From Thermodesulfobacteriota bacterium (GTDB taxonomy: Bacteria; Thermosulfidibacterota; Thermosulfidibacteria; Thermosulfidibacterales; B14-G1), in NCBI GenBank assembly GCA_024274915.1, contig JAJSAC010000073.1, positions 878 to 64,877 of the forward strand: a DNA stretch of 64,000 nucleotides. The letters run 5' to 3'. A program made the position numbers and the translations under genes. Under the pieces are notes generated by a model. That model was given only the letters and a program-made list of their open reading frames with translations, was not told the DNA's origin and ran no database searches. Of the stretch, positions 31,507 through 42,102 are shown piece by piece (position 1 is the first letter of the stretch; each line of letters begins with the position of its first letter).

Positions 31507-33291
31507 ATGGCAGCTTTCGGTGACCTGAAGAGCTTTGATCCCAGCCACTGGAAGTTTGGTGTTCGCCTGAGCGAGAGGACGTCTCTGGTCTTCCTGGGAG
31601 CGGTGGTGGGGATCCTGGCGGCCTTGGGCAATGCGGCTTTCAGGTCTTGCATGGAGCTTTTTCATTATCTCTTCTTCGTGGAGTATGCGAGTTTCCTAGG
31701 GGTCTATGAAGGAGGATGGAGGAGGGGCTTAATCTTTCTGTTGCCCGTCACCGGGGCAGTGGTGGTAGGTCTGGTGGTGTGGCGCTTTTCTGATGTGATC
31801 AAGGGCTATGGGATGCCACGACTCCTCTTGGCTGTGGCCAGAAAAGGGGGCTACATAAAGGCCAGGGCTATTCCTCTCAATATAACCATTCCCACTCTGG
31901 TGATAGGCTCGGGGGGCTCCGCCGGTAGGGAGGGCCCCATTGCTGCCCTAGGAGGGGCCTTGGGCTCCCTGGTGGGGCAGCTGTTGCGCACTCCCCCCCA
32001 GCGGATGAGGGTGCTGGTGGCATCCGGTGCGGGGGCCGCTATAGCGGCGGCCTTTGACGCTCCTATTGCAGGGATGATGTTTGCACTGGAGATAGTCCTT
32101 CTGGGGAACTTTGATATAGAGCATTTTCCCCCAGTGGTTATTGCCGCTGGCACGGCAACGGTTCTCACAGAGGCCTTCTATGGGCGGGAGGTGACTTTCA
32201 GGTTGCCCCCCTTTCAGTTGAGGAATCTGTGGGTGGAGATCCCTTCCTATGTGGTTTTGGGTCTAGTGGTCTCTGTGTTGGCAGTCCTCTTTATCCGACT
32301 GTTCCATGGGGTGAGCGAGTATTTTGAGGAGAAGGTCCGAATGCACCTCTTTTCCAAGGTCATGCTGGGAGCCCTGCTGGTGGGAGCCATGGGGATCTTT
32401 CTTCCCCAGATCATGGGGAACGGTTATCCGTACGTGGAGCAGGTCCTCCAAGGGAAGCTTCCTTGGCTCTTGGTCACCATCCTTATCTTCTCGAAGATGG
32501 TGGCCACCTCTTTCACCATTGGCTCGGGCAGTCCTGGTGGTCTCTTCTCTCCGGCCCTTTATATCGGATGCATGACGGGGGCCAGTTTTGGTGGCATTGT
32601 ACATTTACTTCTCCCCCGCTTCTCTGCCCATCCTGGGGCGTATGCTTCAGTGGGAATGGGAGCTTTTCTGGGGGCAGCTTGCCATGCCCCGTTGACGGGC
32701 ATCTTCCTCTTGTTTGAGATGACCCGAAATTATCAGATTATGCTGCCAGCCATATTTGCTACCATGACGGGATCTATGGTGGCCGAGCGGATCCTGCCCT
32801 ATTCCCTAGACACCTACGGTTTGGCTAGAAAGGGTATTTTTCTGCACCACGGGCGGGAGAGGGAGGTGCTGGAGACCCTGAAGGTGAGGGACGCCCTTTC
32901 CAGGGAGTTTGACACGGTGTGGGAGGGTACTTCTCTCAGAGGGCTCAGGGTGTACTTTGGTCGCTTTTCCCGTCATACGGATCTCTTCGTGGTGGACGAT
33001 GATGGGAGATTGGTGGGGGTTATTCCCTTTTCCATCCTCAGAGAAGCCCTCTTTCGAGAGGACCTGGATGACCTCCTGGTGGCCAGGGACCTGGCCATAA
33101 CAGATGTGGAGCCTTTGAGGGAGGATGATAGTCTTTTGGAGGCCATGAAGCGCTTTGGCCACAGGGGAGTGGATCATCTCCCTGTGGTGGCCAACGAAGA
33201 GTCTCGTCTTCTCACGGGGATGGTGACCAGGAGGGGGGTCATAGAGGCTTACAACAGGGAGCAGGTGAAGAGGAGCGTGGGCGAGGGGTAA
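31507..33291 (+). CDS. ClC-family chloride channel/antiporter with a C-terminal CBS pair
   Basis: Selectivity-filter motifs GSGGSAGREGP and GSGSPGGLFSP, with a C-terminal CBS pair (aa ~450-590). Confidence 0.9.
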   Translation: MAAFGDLKSFDPSHWKFGVRLSERTSLVFLGAVVGILAALGNAAFRSCMELFHYLFFVEYASFLGVYEGGWRRGLIFLLPVTGAVVVGLVVWRFSDVIKGYGMPRLLLAVARKGGYIKARAIPLNITIPTLVIGSGGSAGREGPIAALGGALGSLVGQLLRTPPQRMRVLVASGAGAAIAAAFDAPIAGMMFALEIVLLGNFDIEHFPPVVIAAGTATVLTEAFYGREVTFRLPPFQLRNLWVEIPSYVVLGLVVSVLAVLFIRLFHGVSEYFEEKVRMHLFSKVMLGALLVGAMGIFLPQIMGNGYPYVEQVLQGKLPWLLVTILIFSKMVATSFTIGSGSPGGLFSPALYIGCMTGASFGGIVHLLLPRFSAHPGAYASVGMGAFLGAACHAPLTGIFLLFEMTRNYQIMLPAIFATMTGSMVAERILPYSLDTYGLARKGIFLHHGREREVLETLKVRDALSREFDTVWEGTSLRGLRVYFGRFSRHTDLFVVDDDGRLVGVIPFSILREALFREDLDDLLVARDLAITDVEPLREDDSLLEAMKRFGHRGVDHLPVVANEESRLLTGMVTRRGVIEAYNREQVKRSVGEG

Positions 33292-33294
33292 AGG

Positions 33295-35028
33295 GTGGGC
33301 CTCGATTATATCAGGGAGCTCCGGACCCGGGAAGGCCTCTTTATGGTTGTCACGGCTGTGATCATAGGGATCCTGGCGGGTTATGGGGCCGTGGGCTTCA
33401 GAAAGCTCATAGACTTGGTCCGTTCTGGGGCCTTTGACCACGTCCTTCCTTTCCTGGAGGGGGCAGGGCTGGGGGGGATCGCTCTCATTTTCGTTCCCAC
33501 CCTGGGGGGCCTCCTGGTGGGGCCTATAACAGCCTTCTTTCCCCAGGAGGCTAGGGGTCATGGTGTTCCGGAGGTGATGGAAGCGGTTCTCACCAGGCGG
33601 GGCGTGATGAGACCCAGGACGGTGTTGCTCCGGGCGGTGGCTTCGGCCCTCTCCATCGGTTCGGGTGGCTCCGTGGGGAGGGAAGGCCCCATCGTCCAGA
33701 TAGGCTCGGCTATCGGGTCTACAGTGGGGCAGCTGTGGAGGATTACTGGGAACCCCATGAAAGTTTTGGTGGGGTGTGGCGCTGCGGGGGGAATAGCCGC
33801 CACCTTTAACGCTCCCATAGCGGGGTTCATTTTCGCCAATGAGGTGATCCTGGGCGATTTTTCCCTGGCCACGGTAAGCCCCATTATCCTCTCTTCTGTG
33901 GCTGCTACGGCTGTCTCCCGCCACTACCTGGGAGCTTATCCTGCCTTCATGGTGCCTCAGTACGTGTTGGCTAGTCCATTGGAACTCCTTTTTTATGCCG
34001 TGTTGGGCATTATCGTTTCTTTGGTGGCGTTCTTTTATGTGCGGGCCCTCTACTGGGCTGAGGACTTTTTTGACGAGAAGATACCCATTCCAGACCTTTT
34101 TAAACCCGCCTTTGGGGGGCTTCTACTGGGGTTCATAGCTCTCTTCTTTCCCCAGGTTATGGGAAACGGCTATCCCCACATGGAGCAGGCCATGAGGGGG
34201 GAGACGGCCCTCTGGCTTATGGCATCTCTGGTGGTGGTGAAGGTGGTGGCTACCTCCATCACCATTGGTTCGGGTGGGTCTGGCGGTGTCTTCGCCCCAG
34301 CCCTCTTTGTGGGGGCTATGTCTGGGGGGACCTTTGGCACGGTGGTCCACAAACTCTTCCCCACGGTGACGGCCCCTGAGGGGTGCTATGCTTTGGTAGG
34401 GATGGGGGGGGTTTTCGCTGCTGCCGCTTTTGCCCCTTTGACTTCCATTTTAATTCTCTTTGAGATCACCAATAATTACACCATCATCTTACCCATCATG
34501 ATAGTCTGTGTCATAGGGTACGTCCATGGGAGGTGGATCAGGAAGTACTCCATTTACACCCTCAAGCTGCACCGCAAGGGAGTAGAGGTGGACCGAGGCC
34601 GGGACGTGAATATCATGAGAGATATAAAGGTGGAGGATGCTATGGAAAAGGATTTCATCTCCGTCACTCCAGACACGCCCTTGGCCCGGCTGGCAGGGAT
34701 AATTCACAGAACGGGACAGAGCTTTTACCCCGTAGTGAGCAAGGAGGGAAGCCTGGAAGGGATCATAACTTTCCATGATCTGGAGCCCACCCTTTTTGTC
34801 TCGGGATTGGAACAGCTGGTGGTGGCCGACGATCTGGCCAGCAAACGCCTCATTGTTACCGTTCCTCAGGAGAGCCTTTATGAGGCGGTGAAGAAGATGG
34901 ATAAGGCGGGAATCCGACAACTACCTGTGGTAGACCCCAAGAACCCCAAAAGACTGCTGGGGATCCTCACCAGGAAGGACGTGGTAGCTGCGTATAACAG
35001 GGAGATGGTGAAGAGGGGGCTCCAGTAG
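33295..35028 (+). CDS. ClC-family chloride channel/antiporter with a C-terminal CBS pair (tandem paralogue)
   Basis: GSGGSVGREGP, GSGGSGGVFAP and a CBS pair. The GTG start lies 3 nt after the upstream paralogue's stop. Confidence 0.9.
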   Translation: MGLDYIRELRTREGLFMVVTAVIIGILAGYGAVGFRKLIDLVRSGAFDHVLPFLEGAGLGGIALIFVPTLGGLLVGPITAFFPQEARGHGVPEVMEAVLTRRGVMRPRTVLLRAVASALSIGSGGSVGREGPIVQIGSAIGSTVGQLWRITGNPMKVLVGCGAAGGIAATFNAPIAGFIFANEVILGDFSLATVSPIILSSVAATAVSRHYLGAYPAFMVPQYVLASPLELLFYAVLGIIVSLVAFFYVRALYWAEDFFDEKIPIPDLFKPAFGGLLLGFIALFFPQVMGNGYPHMEQAMRGETALWLMASLVVVKVVATSITIGSGGSGGVFAPALFVGAMSGGTFGTVVHKLFPTVTAPEGCYALVGMGGVFAAAAFAPLTSILILFEITNNYTIILPIMIVCVIGYVHGRWIRKYSIYTLKLHRKGVEVDRGRDVNIMRDIKVEDAMEKDFISVTPDTPLARLAGIIHRTGQSFYPVVSKEGSLEGIITFHDLEPTLFVSGLEQLVVADDLASKRLIVTVPQESLYEAVKKMDKAGIRQLPVVDPKNPKRLLGILTRKDVVAAYNREMVKRGLQ

Positions 35029-35056
35029 GGGAGCCTTCTCGCTGGGAGGACGGAAG

Positions 35057-37363
35057 GTGGGGGTTTTTGATGGTCCGTTGAAGAAGGACTGGTATCGTAT
35101 CCTTTTCGAGCACACCTCCGATGCCATAGTTGTGGCCGAGGCCCCTACGGGTAAGGTGGTGGATGCCAACAGGGCTGCAGAGGAACTTTGGGGGTACACC
35201 AAGGAAGAGTTTCTGGGGATGTACCAGGAGGAGCTCCATCCGCCATCCCTCAAGGGAGTTTATAGGCTGGTGTTCAGGTCTCATGCTGCGGCTTCCAGGG
35301 CCTTCATGTCTAGGTGTGTGGTGTTGAGGAAGGACGGGGAAACCCGGACCGCTGAACTAAGGAGCACCACCCTTCAGGTGGGGAACATGCGATATCTCAT
35401 GGGTTTTTACAGGGATAAGACCCGGGAGATTCAGGCCTTGGAGGAGGCTGCTCAGCTGAGGTGCGTGGAGCTGCCCCAGAGCCGGGCAGTGTTTGAAGTT
35501 CTGTTCCAGGCCTTTCCTGAAGCGGTGTTAGTCGTAGACCCTTTGGTTCCCCGGTTCGTTATGGCTAACAAGAAAGCCGTAGAACGATATGGATACCATG
35601 TAGAAGAATGGGCCAGTATCCGCCCTTGGGAGATCTGTCCCTCCTGGGGCAAGGACAGCTGCCGGAGCCTGCTTGATAGGTGTCTTGTGGGGGGAAAGGT
35701 GAGAGAGGTGGGGTGGCATATCCGCAAGAGCGGGGAAAAATTCCCCGTGGAGGTCCATATATCCTGCGCGGAGATCTCTGGTCGAAAGCACCTGGTGGTG
35801 GTAGCGGTAGACGCCACCGAGACCCGGAAGCTCCTGGAGGAACTGAGGCGCTCGGAGGAGCTCTATCGCGAGACGGTGGAAGCCATCCCGGACTATCTTT
35901 ACAAGGTAAAATGGGAGGGGGGAGAGCTGAGACCTGAACTCTGTACTCCGGCGGCGGCGGAGATCACGGGATACCCTCCTCAGGCCTATTTGGAGGATCC
36001 CTGGCTTTGGTTCAAGATCATCCATCCTGAGGACAAGCCTATGGTCAGAGAGTTATTGGCTCGGTTGTTCCAGGGGGAGGCTGTCACAGGGGAGTACAGG
36101 GCGATCTGTAAGGACGGTAGGGTGAAGTGGCTCAGGGACAGGGTCACCCCCATCTTAGACGGAGAGGGCGGGGTGGTGGGAGTTACAGGCGTGGTTTCTG
36201 ATATCACCAGGGCCAAGGAGGCGGAGGAGAAACTCCGGAGACTCACCCAGGAGCTGGAGAAGGAGGTGGAGGAGCGCACCCGTGCCCTCAAGACCTCTGA
36301 ACAATTGTACCGTAATTTGGTGGAAAACGCTTTGGTGGGCATCTCTCAGGTGGACGAGGAGGGGAGATTCGCCTATGTGAATCAGGCCTTCCTCGACCTC
36401 ATAAACTACTCTTGGGAAGAGGTGGGAGGCAGGTTCTTTGCCGACTTTGTGCCCCGGGAAGATCGAGGGGACATAATACGGAGATTTAGGGAGAGGATGG
36501 AGGGGAAGAGGGAACGGGAGACCTATGAGGCGAGGTTACTCAACAGAGAGGGGGAGGTCGTGGAGGTGCTGATAGCCACCTCTCCCCTCAAGGATTTTGA
36601 GGGGAGGCCCAAAGGGACCATTGCCTTGGTGGTGGACATTTCCGCCATGAAGGCTCTAGAGCGGCAGCTTCAGATGAAGATAGGGGAACTGGAGACCTTC
36701 TCTTATTCCGTCTCTCACGATTTGAAGGCACCGTTGAGGGCGCTGGAGACCTTTTCCCATTTGCTTCAGGAGGAGTATGGGGATCGGCTGGACAAAAAGG
36801 GTAGAGACTACCTTCGTCATCTCAGCCAGGCGACGGTGCGCATGGCCATTCTGATAGACGATCTCCTGCAATACTCCCGGGTGGGCAGGAAGGGGATTCA
36901 TTTTCAGTGGGTGGACCTGAAGGAAGTGGTGGACGAGGCCTTGGATTACCTGTGGGAGGGGATAGAGATGAAAGGGGCTTCTGTGGAGGTGGCCAATCCT
37001 ATGCCAAGGGTGTGGGGGGACAAGAGCACCCTGTTCCTCCTCTTCACCAACCTGGTAGGCAACTCCCTGAAGTTCTCCAAGCCCCAAGAGCCCCCTCGAA
37101 TTAGGATTTCTTGGGCGGAGAGGGAGCGGAGTTACTGTTTTATGGTGTCTGACAACGGGATAGGAATAGACCCTCGGCATAGGGAGAGAGTTTTCCAGGT
37201 CTTTCAGCGTCTTCATACGGAGGAGGAGTTCCCTGGCACAGGTATGGGGCTGGCCATATGTAAGAAGGTGGTGGAGGTCCATGGGGGAAGGATTTGGGTG
37301 GAATCGGCGTCCGGACAGGGAAGCGATTTCTATTTCACCTTGCCCAAGAGGAGGGGGAGGTGA
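35057..37363 (+). CDS. multi-PAS sensor histidine kinase
   Basis: Several PAS/PAC modules, H-box FSYSVSHDLKAPLR, and ATPase N/G boxes NLVGNSLKFS, DNGIGI and GTGMGLAICK. GTG start. Confidence 0.9.
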   Translation: MGVFDGPLKKDWYRILFEHTSDAIVVAEAPTGKVVDANRAAEELWGYTKEEFLGMYQEELHPPSLKGVYRLVFRSHAAASRAFMSRCVVLRKDGETRTAELRSTTLQVGNMRYLMGFYRDKTREIQALEEAAQLRCVELPQSRAVFEVLFQAFPEAVLVVDPLVPRFVMANKKAVERYGYHVEEWASIRPWEICPSWGKDSCRSLLDRCLVGGKVREVGWHIRKSGEKFPVEVHISCAEISGRKHLVVVAVDATETRKLLEELRRSEELYRETVEAIPDYLYKVKWEGGELRPELCTPAAAEITGYPPQAYLEDPWLWFKIIHPEDKPMVRELLARLFQGEAVTGEYRAICKDGRVKWLRDRVTPILDGEGGVVGVTGVVSDITRAKEAEEKLRRLTQELEKEVEERTRALKTSEQLYRNLVENALVGISQVDEEGRFAYVNQAFLDLINYSWEEVGGRFFADFVPREDRGDIIRRFRERMEGKRERETYEARLLNREGEVVEVLIATSPLKDFEGRPKGTIALVVDISAMKALERQLQMKIGELETFSYSVSHDLKAPLRALETFSHLLQEEYGDRLDKKGRDYLRHLSQATVRMAILIDDLLQYSRVGRKGIHFQWVDLKEVVDEALDYLWEGIEMKGASVEVANPMPRVWGDKSTLFLLFTNLVGNSLKFSKPQEPPRIRISWAERERSYCFMVSDNGIGIDPRHRERVFQVFQRLHTEEEFPGTGMGLAICKKVVEVHGGRIWVESASGQGSDFYFTLPKRRGR

Positions 37364-37364
37364 G

Positions 37365-39194
37365 ATGAAGGTGGAGAGGGGCGGGATTGGTATAGCCTTC
37401 CAGGGGCACGAGGGACATAGATTGAGGGGGGCCCTGGAGGTGGCCTTCCCGGAGAGGGAGGTGAAGATCCTGGAGGAGAGAGAAGAGATCCTTTCGCTGG
37501 ATATTCTGGTGGTGGAGGGGGATAGGCCCCGGGAGGATCTTATTGCCCGAGCCCGACAGGGGGGAGTTTCGGTGGTGGTTTACGGTGTTGACACTGATGC
37601 ACCTGAAGACGTTGAGGTGGTGGGTAGCCTGGAAGCGCTAGTGGAGAGGGTGGGAAGTATCATTGGGCAGCCGAGATTATCGGCCTATCGCGACGCGCTG
37701 GTTCAAATGGATGACGCTGTTGTGATCACCGATCCTCGGGGGAGGATCCTCTTTGTCAACCCTGCTTTCACAGCCCTGACGGGATACACTCTAGAGGAGG
37801 TTAGGGGTAGGTCCCCCCGGTTTTTGGCGGGGGGAATGTGGCCTCCAGGTTTTTATAGAAGGATGTGGGCCACCGTCCAGGGGGGAAATTCCTGGAGGGG
37901 TGTGATTAGGGGTAGGACCAAAGGAGGCCGTTTCTACCATCAGGAGATGTCTCTGGTGCCTGTAAAGGCCTTTCAAGGGAGGACGACCCATCTGGTGGCG
38001 GTTTTGAGGGATGTTACCGGTGAGAAGGCTCTGGAGGAGCGCCTCTTCCAGATCCAGAGGAGGGAGTCTGTGGCCCGCTTGGTGGGCGGTGTGGCCCACG
38101 AGTTTTGCAATATGCTGACGGGGATTTTGGGTTACACCCAACTGTTGCTTCTGGGCAAGGACAAGGGGGACCCTGATTATGAGAAGCTTTGCTTGATAGA
38201 GTCCCAGACCCTGAGGGCTGCCGAGGTGGCCCGAAACCTTCTGAGCCTGGGGCAGGAAGAGATTCCAGAGAGGCGACCTTTGGCCGTGAGGGACGAGCTT
38301 TTGGGGCTGAAGAGGCTTTTGGATCACATCCTTCCTGAAAGGGTCCGGGTGCGGTGGGGCGTTGAGGAGGGACTCCCTCCCCTGGTGGCCGACCCCCTCC
38401 ATCTACGGCAGATTGTGCTCAATCTGGTCCTAAATGCCCGGGACGCTATGCCCAAAGGGGGAGATTTAGAGATAGGGGTTTACAGAGAGAGGATACGACC
38501 GGGATTGCTCAGAGGGTACGTGCAGGGGGAACCCCTTCCTGGAGAGTATCTGGTCCTTTCCGTGTCTGACACGGGTATAGGCATTTCTGCTCAGAATTTT
38601 TCCAGGGTCTTTGAACCCTTCTTCACCACCAAGCCCAAGGGGAAGGGATCGGGCCTGGGTTTAGCTGCTGTGCAACGCATGGTGAGGGCCCATGGGGGCT
38701 TTATTGCTATGGAAAGTGAGGAGGGAAAAGGGTCGGTTTTCAGGGTTTACCTCCCCCTGGTGGAGGACGTCTCCGGTGTGGAGGAGAGAGGGGTCCTGGC
38801 GGAGAAGTGCTCGGTAATGGTGGTGGAGGATGAGGACCTGGTGAGAAAGGTTTTGGTGGATGTCCTTAAGCTTCGGGGGTTCCGGGTTTTGGATGCAGCC
38901 CACGGAGAGGAGGCACTGGAAAGGCTGGAGAAGGAAAGGGTGGACCTCTTGATAACCGACCTGGTCATGCCCAAAATGGGCGGAGGGGAGCTGGTGGAGA
39001 AGGTGAGAGAGCGCTTCCCCCAGGTGAAGGTTGTGATTATAAGCGGCTACTCCTCCTCGGAGAGGGAACCGGGGGTCAGGGACAGGATAGGAGAACATCT
39101 CTTTCTCTATAAACCCTTTGGTGTTTGGGAGATTCTGAAGGTGGTGGAGGAATGCCTGACCACCAAGGAAGGGGGAAGGGATGCCCATATATGA
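37365..39194 (+). CDS. hybrid PAS sensor histidine kinase with a C-terminal receiver domain
   Basis: PAS (VVITDPRGRILFVNPAF), H-box GGVAHEFCNMLTGI, ATPase NLVLNARDAM/DTGIGI/GSGLGLAAV, and receiver VMVVEDEDLV...DLLITDLVMPKMGG. The ATG lies 1 nt after the upstream stop. Confidence 0.9.
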   Translation: MKVERGGIGIAFQGHEGHRLRGALEVAFPEREVKILEEREEILSLDILVVEGDRPREDLIARARQGGVSVVVYGVDTDAPEDVEVVGSLEALVERVGSIIGQPRLSAYRDALVQMDDAVVITDPRGRILFVNPAFTALTGYTLEEVRGRSPRFLAGGMWPPGFYRRMWATVQGGNSWRGVIRGRTKGGRFYHQEMSLVPVKAFQGRTTHLVAVLRDVTGEKALEERLFQIQRRESVARLVGGVAHEFCNMLTGILGYTQLLLLGKDKGDPDYEKLCLIESQTLRAAEVARNLLSLGQEEIPERRPLAVRDELLGLKRLLDHILPERVRVRWGVEEGLPPLVADPLHLRQIVLNLVLNARDAMPKGGDLEIGVYRERIRPGLLRGYVQGEPLPGEYLVLSVSDTGIGISAQNFSRVFEPFFTTKPKGKGSGLGLAAVQRMVRAHGGFIAMESEEGKGSVFRVYLPLVEDVSGVEERGVLAEKCSVMVVEDEDLVRKVLVDVLKLRGFRVLDAAHGEEALERLEKERVDLLITDLVMPKMGGGELVEKVRERFPQVKVVIISGYSSSEREPGVRDRIGEHLFLYKPFGVWEILKVVEECLTTKEGGRDAHI

Positions 39195-39531
39195 GTATGT
39201 GTGCCAGGAGTGCGGAAGGAAACAGAGCTTTTTGGTCTTGAGTGGCTGGGAGGTCGAGGTAAGGTGTAAGAGGTGTGGAAGTCCCCAGCTGAGACGCTTG
39301 GTCTCCAGAGTGCGGGTGGCCCTCTCTGAGGAGACCCGTATGGAGCGCCTGGCCGATCCCGCTCGCTGGGGCGATGTGGACGAGAACGATCCCCGTTCCA
39401 TGGCCCGTTTCATGAAGAAGATGGGGGCAGAGTTGGGAGAGGACCTGGGGAGCGAAATCCAAGAGATGGTGGATCAGCTGGAGGCAGGGGAGTTGCCTGA
39501 CGAAGGGGAGGGTGAGGAGGAAGAGCTCTAA
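39181..39531 (+). CDS. FmdB-family zinc-ribbon protein with an acidic tail
   Basis: MPIYEYVCQECG...CKRCGS (CxxC...CxxC) and a C-terminal DEGEGEEEEL. It overlaps the kinase gene by 14 nt. Confidence 0.8.
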   Translation: MPIYEYVCQECGRKQSFLVLSGWEVEVRCKRCGSPQLRRLVSRVRVALSEETRMERLADPARWGDVDENDPRSMARFMKKMGAELGEDLGSEIQEMVDQLEAGELPDEGEGEEEEL

Positions 39532-39542
39532 GGCCTGGGTGT

Positions 39543-39977
39543 TTAGAGGCCGGTGTGGCCGAAGCCCCCTTCTCCTCGGGGAGAAGGGGGAAGCATTTCA
39601 ACTTCCTCTAGTTCTCCTCGGGCCACCGGGGCCAGGACCCCTTGAGCGATGCGCATGTTGGGTTGGACCGTGAAAGGGGATTCTCCCAGGTTGATCAGGA
39701 TGACTTTTATCTCCCCCCGGTAGTCGGGGTCTATGGTTCCCGGCGAGTTCAACAGGGTGATACCGTGTTGCAAGGCCAAGCCGCTCCTGGGTCGGACTTG
39801 GAGCTCCCATCCCGGGGGAAGGGCCAGGGCAATGCCTGTGGGGATGGCCTTTCTCTCTCCGGGCTCTAGGGTGACGGGGCCTTCCAGGCAGGCGAAGAGG
39901 TCCATGCCCGCCGCCTCCGGGCTCATGTATCGGGGCAGGAGGGCCGAGGACCGCACCTTTTTAACAAGGACTCTCAT
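39543..39977 (-). CDS. dut: dUTP diphosphatase
   Basis: [33 protein letters not shown] and a C-terminal GGFGHTG. Confidence 0.95.
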   Translation of the reverse strand: MRVLVKKVRSSALLPRYMSPEAAGMDLFACLEGPVTLEPGERKAIPTGIALALPPGWELQVRPRSGLALQHGITLLNSPGTIDPDYRGEIKVILINLGESPFTVQPNMRIAQGVLAPVARGELEEVEMLPPSPRGEGGFGHTGL

Positions 39978-40617
39978 GATGAAGGAGATAGCATGGACGA
40001 TGTCTGGATGGAAGGGCTGCCCTTGCCTTTACCACCACTACGGCTCCGCCTAACACTTTTTTGTCATCTTGGGCTTCCAGCTGGGCGTCTGGCAGAAGGG
40101 CCGACACCCCTCCCCTTCCTATAAACGAAAGGAAGCCTTTGAAGTGATTGGGTCCTGCCAGGGACTCAATGGCTCGGGCAGACAGCCCAGCCAGGTTCCA
40201 GGGCAAGGGTACGTGGTAATCAGCGATGATCACTTCTTGGGCCACTCTTTTCGCCTCTCTCAAGAGGGGGGCGCGTTGCTCTTCGGGGACCTCGTGTAGG
40301 ATAAGTGAGAGAACGGCAAAGTCGAAGGAGAGAGGGGGAAACCCTCTCAGAGAGGAGGCGTCGGCGTTTATGAAGGACACGTGGGCCAGTTTCTTCTTTC
40401 TCCTCTTTTTCTCAGCCCAGGCTATCAAGGCAGGGGAAAGATCTACTCCTACAACTTTTGTGGCCTCTTGGGCGAGAAGGAATGCCAAGGCCCCCGTGCC
40501 ACATCCCAGATCTACCACCGAAGACCCTGAGGGGATCATGGATGCCAGGGCCTCGCGGACTCCCTGGGTGATGGGGTCTATCAAGAGTTCATATAAGAGG
40601 GGCCCCAGGTTCTTCAT
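39961..40617 (-). CDS. class I SAM-dependent methyltransferase
   Basis: Motif I is [13 protein letters not shown]. The start is set at ATG 40617 ([12 protein letters not shown]), which forms an ATGA overlap with the upstream gene's stop. Confidence 0.8.
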   Translation of the reverse strand: MKNLGPLLYELLIDPITQGVREALASMIPSGSSVVDLGCGTGALAFLLAQEATKVVGVDLSPALIAWAEKKRRKKKLAHVSFINADASSLRGFPPLSFDFAVLSLILHEVPEEQRAPLLREAKRVAQEVIIADYHVPLPWNLAGLSARAIESLAGPNHFKGFLSFIGRGGVSALLPDAQLEAQDDKKVLGGAVVVVKARAALPSRHRPCYLLHHESPC

Positions 40618-41234
40618 CTTTGGAAGTCCCTTCTGGAAGGGCCCTCTAGGAGGTCTTGCCATAAGGTGTTCACGACCTTTTCTAGGTCTTCTTCGAGGCG
40701 CTTGTTTAAAGGGGGGATCGTTGATGGGTGCCGGGTAGAGAGGAGGTGCCAGGGGGAGTGGCCTGTGGTCTCAAGGACTCCCAAGCGAAAGAGAATGCGC
40801 ACCTTTTCCGGGTTCTCGCCTCTTTCCAGAGCCTTTAGGCTTCTCAGGATGCAGCGGAAGAGCCCTGGGTCCCACCATCCCCGAGGGAGGAGAGAGGTCA
40901 GAGCGTGGCAGAACTCCAGGACCAGATGGGCTTGGCCCCGGGCGCGGGGGAAGAGCCGGGCCTCTTCCCAATGACGAATCCTTACCCGTTCCTGGGTGAG
41001 CCATTGAAACTGGAAATAGGTGAAGGCAGGAGGATCCAGGGCACCCCGATGGGGTGAAGAGGCCAGGACCCCTCTCCTAACCAGACCTTCTAAGATGCCC
41101 CGTTTGAGGAAAAAGATTTCCAGGCTCAGGTCTTCCTCTCCTAGGACTTTCCTTCTCAGGACCAGTCCGTAGCCCCAGCTCCAGGGAGGGGGAAGGGAGA
41201 AGCCCTTTAGCCTGTGCCCAGGCTCAGATACCAC
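40614..41234 (-). CDS. recO: RecO-like DNA repair protein (start uncertain)
   Basis: OB-fold-like N-terminus (GLVLRRKVLGEEDLSLEIFFLKRGI) followed by a helical region ending F.L.VLETTGHSP, as in RecO. GTG 41234 has AGGAG 8 nt upstream. The ATG 41339 alternative would overlap pilD by 132 nt. Confidence 0.5.
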   Translation of the reverse strand: MVSEPGHRLKGFSLPPPWSWGYGLVLRRKVLGEEDLSLEIFFLKRGILEGLVRRGVLASSPHRGALDPPAFTYFQFQWLTQERVRIRHWEEARLFPRARGQAHLVLEFCHALTSLLPRGWWDPGLFRCILRSLKALERGENPEKVRILFRLGVLETTGHSPWHLLSTRHPSTIPPLNKRLEEDLEKVVNTLWQDLLEGPSRRDFQR

Positions 41235-41968
41235 TGGAGAATCTCCTGCCCCCAAAAGAGGGCTATGTAGGCTCCCACTATCAGGAAGGGGCCAAAGGGG
41301 ATGGGGGTTTCTCTCCCTTTTCCCGAGAGCTTTAGCCATAGGGTGCCGATGAGGGCCCCCAGCAGGGCTCCCACAAAGGTGGTGATGAGGACTCCTAGGG
41401 GGCCCAAAAAAGTGCCTATCATGGCCATGAGCTTCACATCTCCCCCACCTAGGGCTTCCTTTTTCAACATCCTGCCTCCCAGGAAGCCTATGAGGAGAAA
41501 GCCCCCTCCCCCCAGGATGCCTCCTGTAAGGGAGGGAACGATACCTATGGACCAGGGAGACAGGAGGAGGCCTACCAGGATCCCTGGTAGGTCTATCTCG
41601 TCGGGGATGATCTGGTGGTATAGATCAATGAAGAAGACGGCCAACAGAGAGAGGGTGAGGAGCCCCGACCAGAGGAGCCTGATGGAGAGTCCGAAGGAGA
41701 GGTAGCAGGAGGCGATGAGGAGGGCGGAGGCCAGCTCTACCAGGGGATATCGAGGGGAGATGGGCTGTCGGCACTCTCGGCAACGGCCCCTGAGGATGAT
41801 ATAGGAGAGGAGGGGAATATTCTCCCACCAGGAGATGGGGTGGCTGCAGTTGGGGCAATGGGAGGGGGGGTAGACAATAGACTCTTCCCTGGGCAGGCGG
41901 TAGATGACCACGTTGATAAAACTCCCCAGGCAGGCCCCCAGGATGAAAAAGAAGCAAGACCAGAACAA
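41207..41968 (-). CDS. pilD: prepilin peptidase (A24 family)
   Basis: GSFINVVIYRLP, Cys-rich YPPSHCPNCSHPISWWENIPLLSYIILRGRCRECRQPISPRYPLVE, and the catalytic GGGDVKLMA. TTG start. Confidence 0.88.
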   Translation of the reverse strand: MFWSCFFFILGACLGSFINVVIYRLPREESIVYPPSHCPNCSHPISWWENIPLLSYIILRGRCRECRQPISPRYPLVELASALLIASCYLSFGLSIRLLWSGLLTLSLLAVFFIDLYHQIIPDEIDLPGILVGLLLSPWSIGIVPSLTGGILGGGGFLLIGFLGGRMLKKEALGGGDVKLMAMIGTFLGPLGVLITTFVGALLGALIGTLWLKLSGKGRETPIPFGPFLIVGAYIALFWGQEILQWYLSLGTG

Positions 41969-42102
41969 CTGCTCTATGCCAACCCCCTTTGGGACAGGTT
42001 GAGGTAAAGGTATAGGGAGAGGAGATGCCCCTTGAGGGAAGGCTCTCCGGAGGCCACTACCACCTCACTCTACCTCTACCTGTATTTTTATTGCCTGGAT
42101 GA

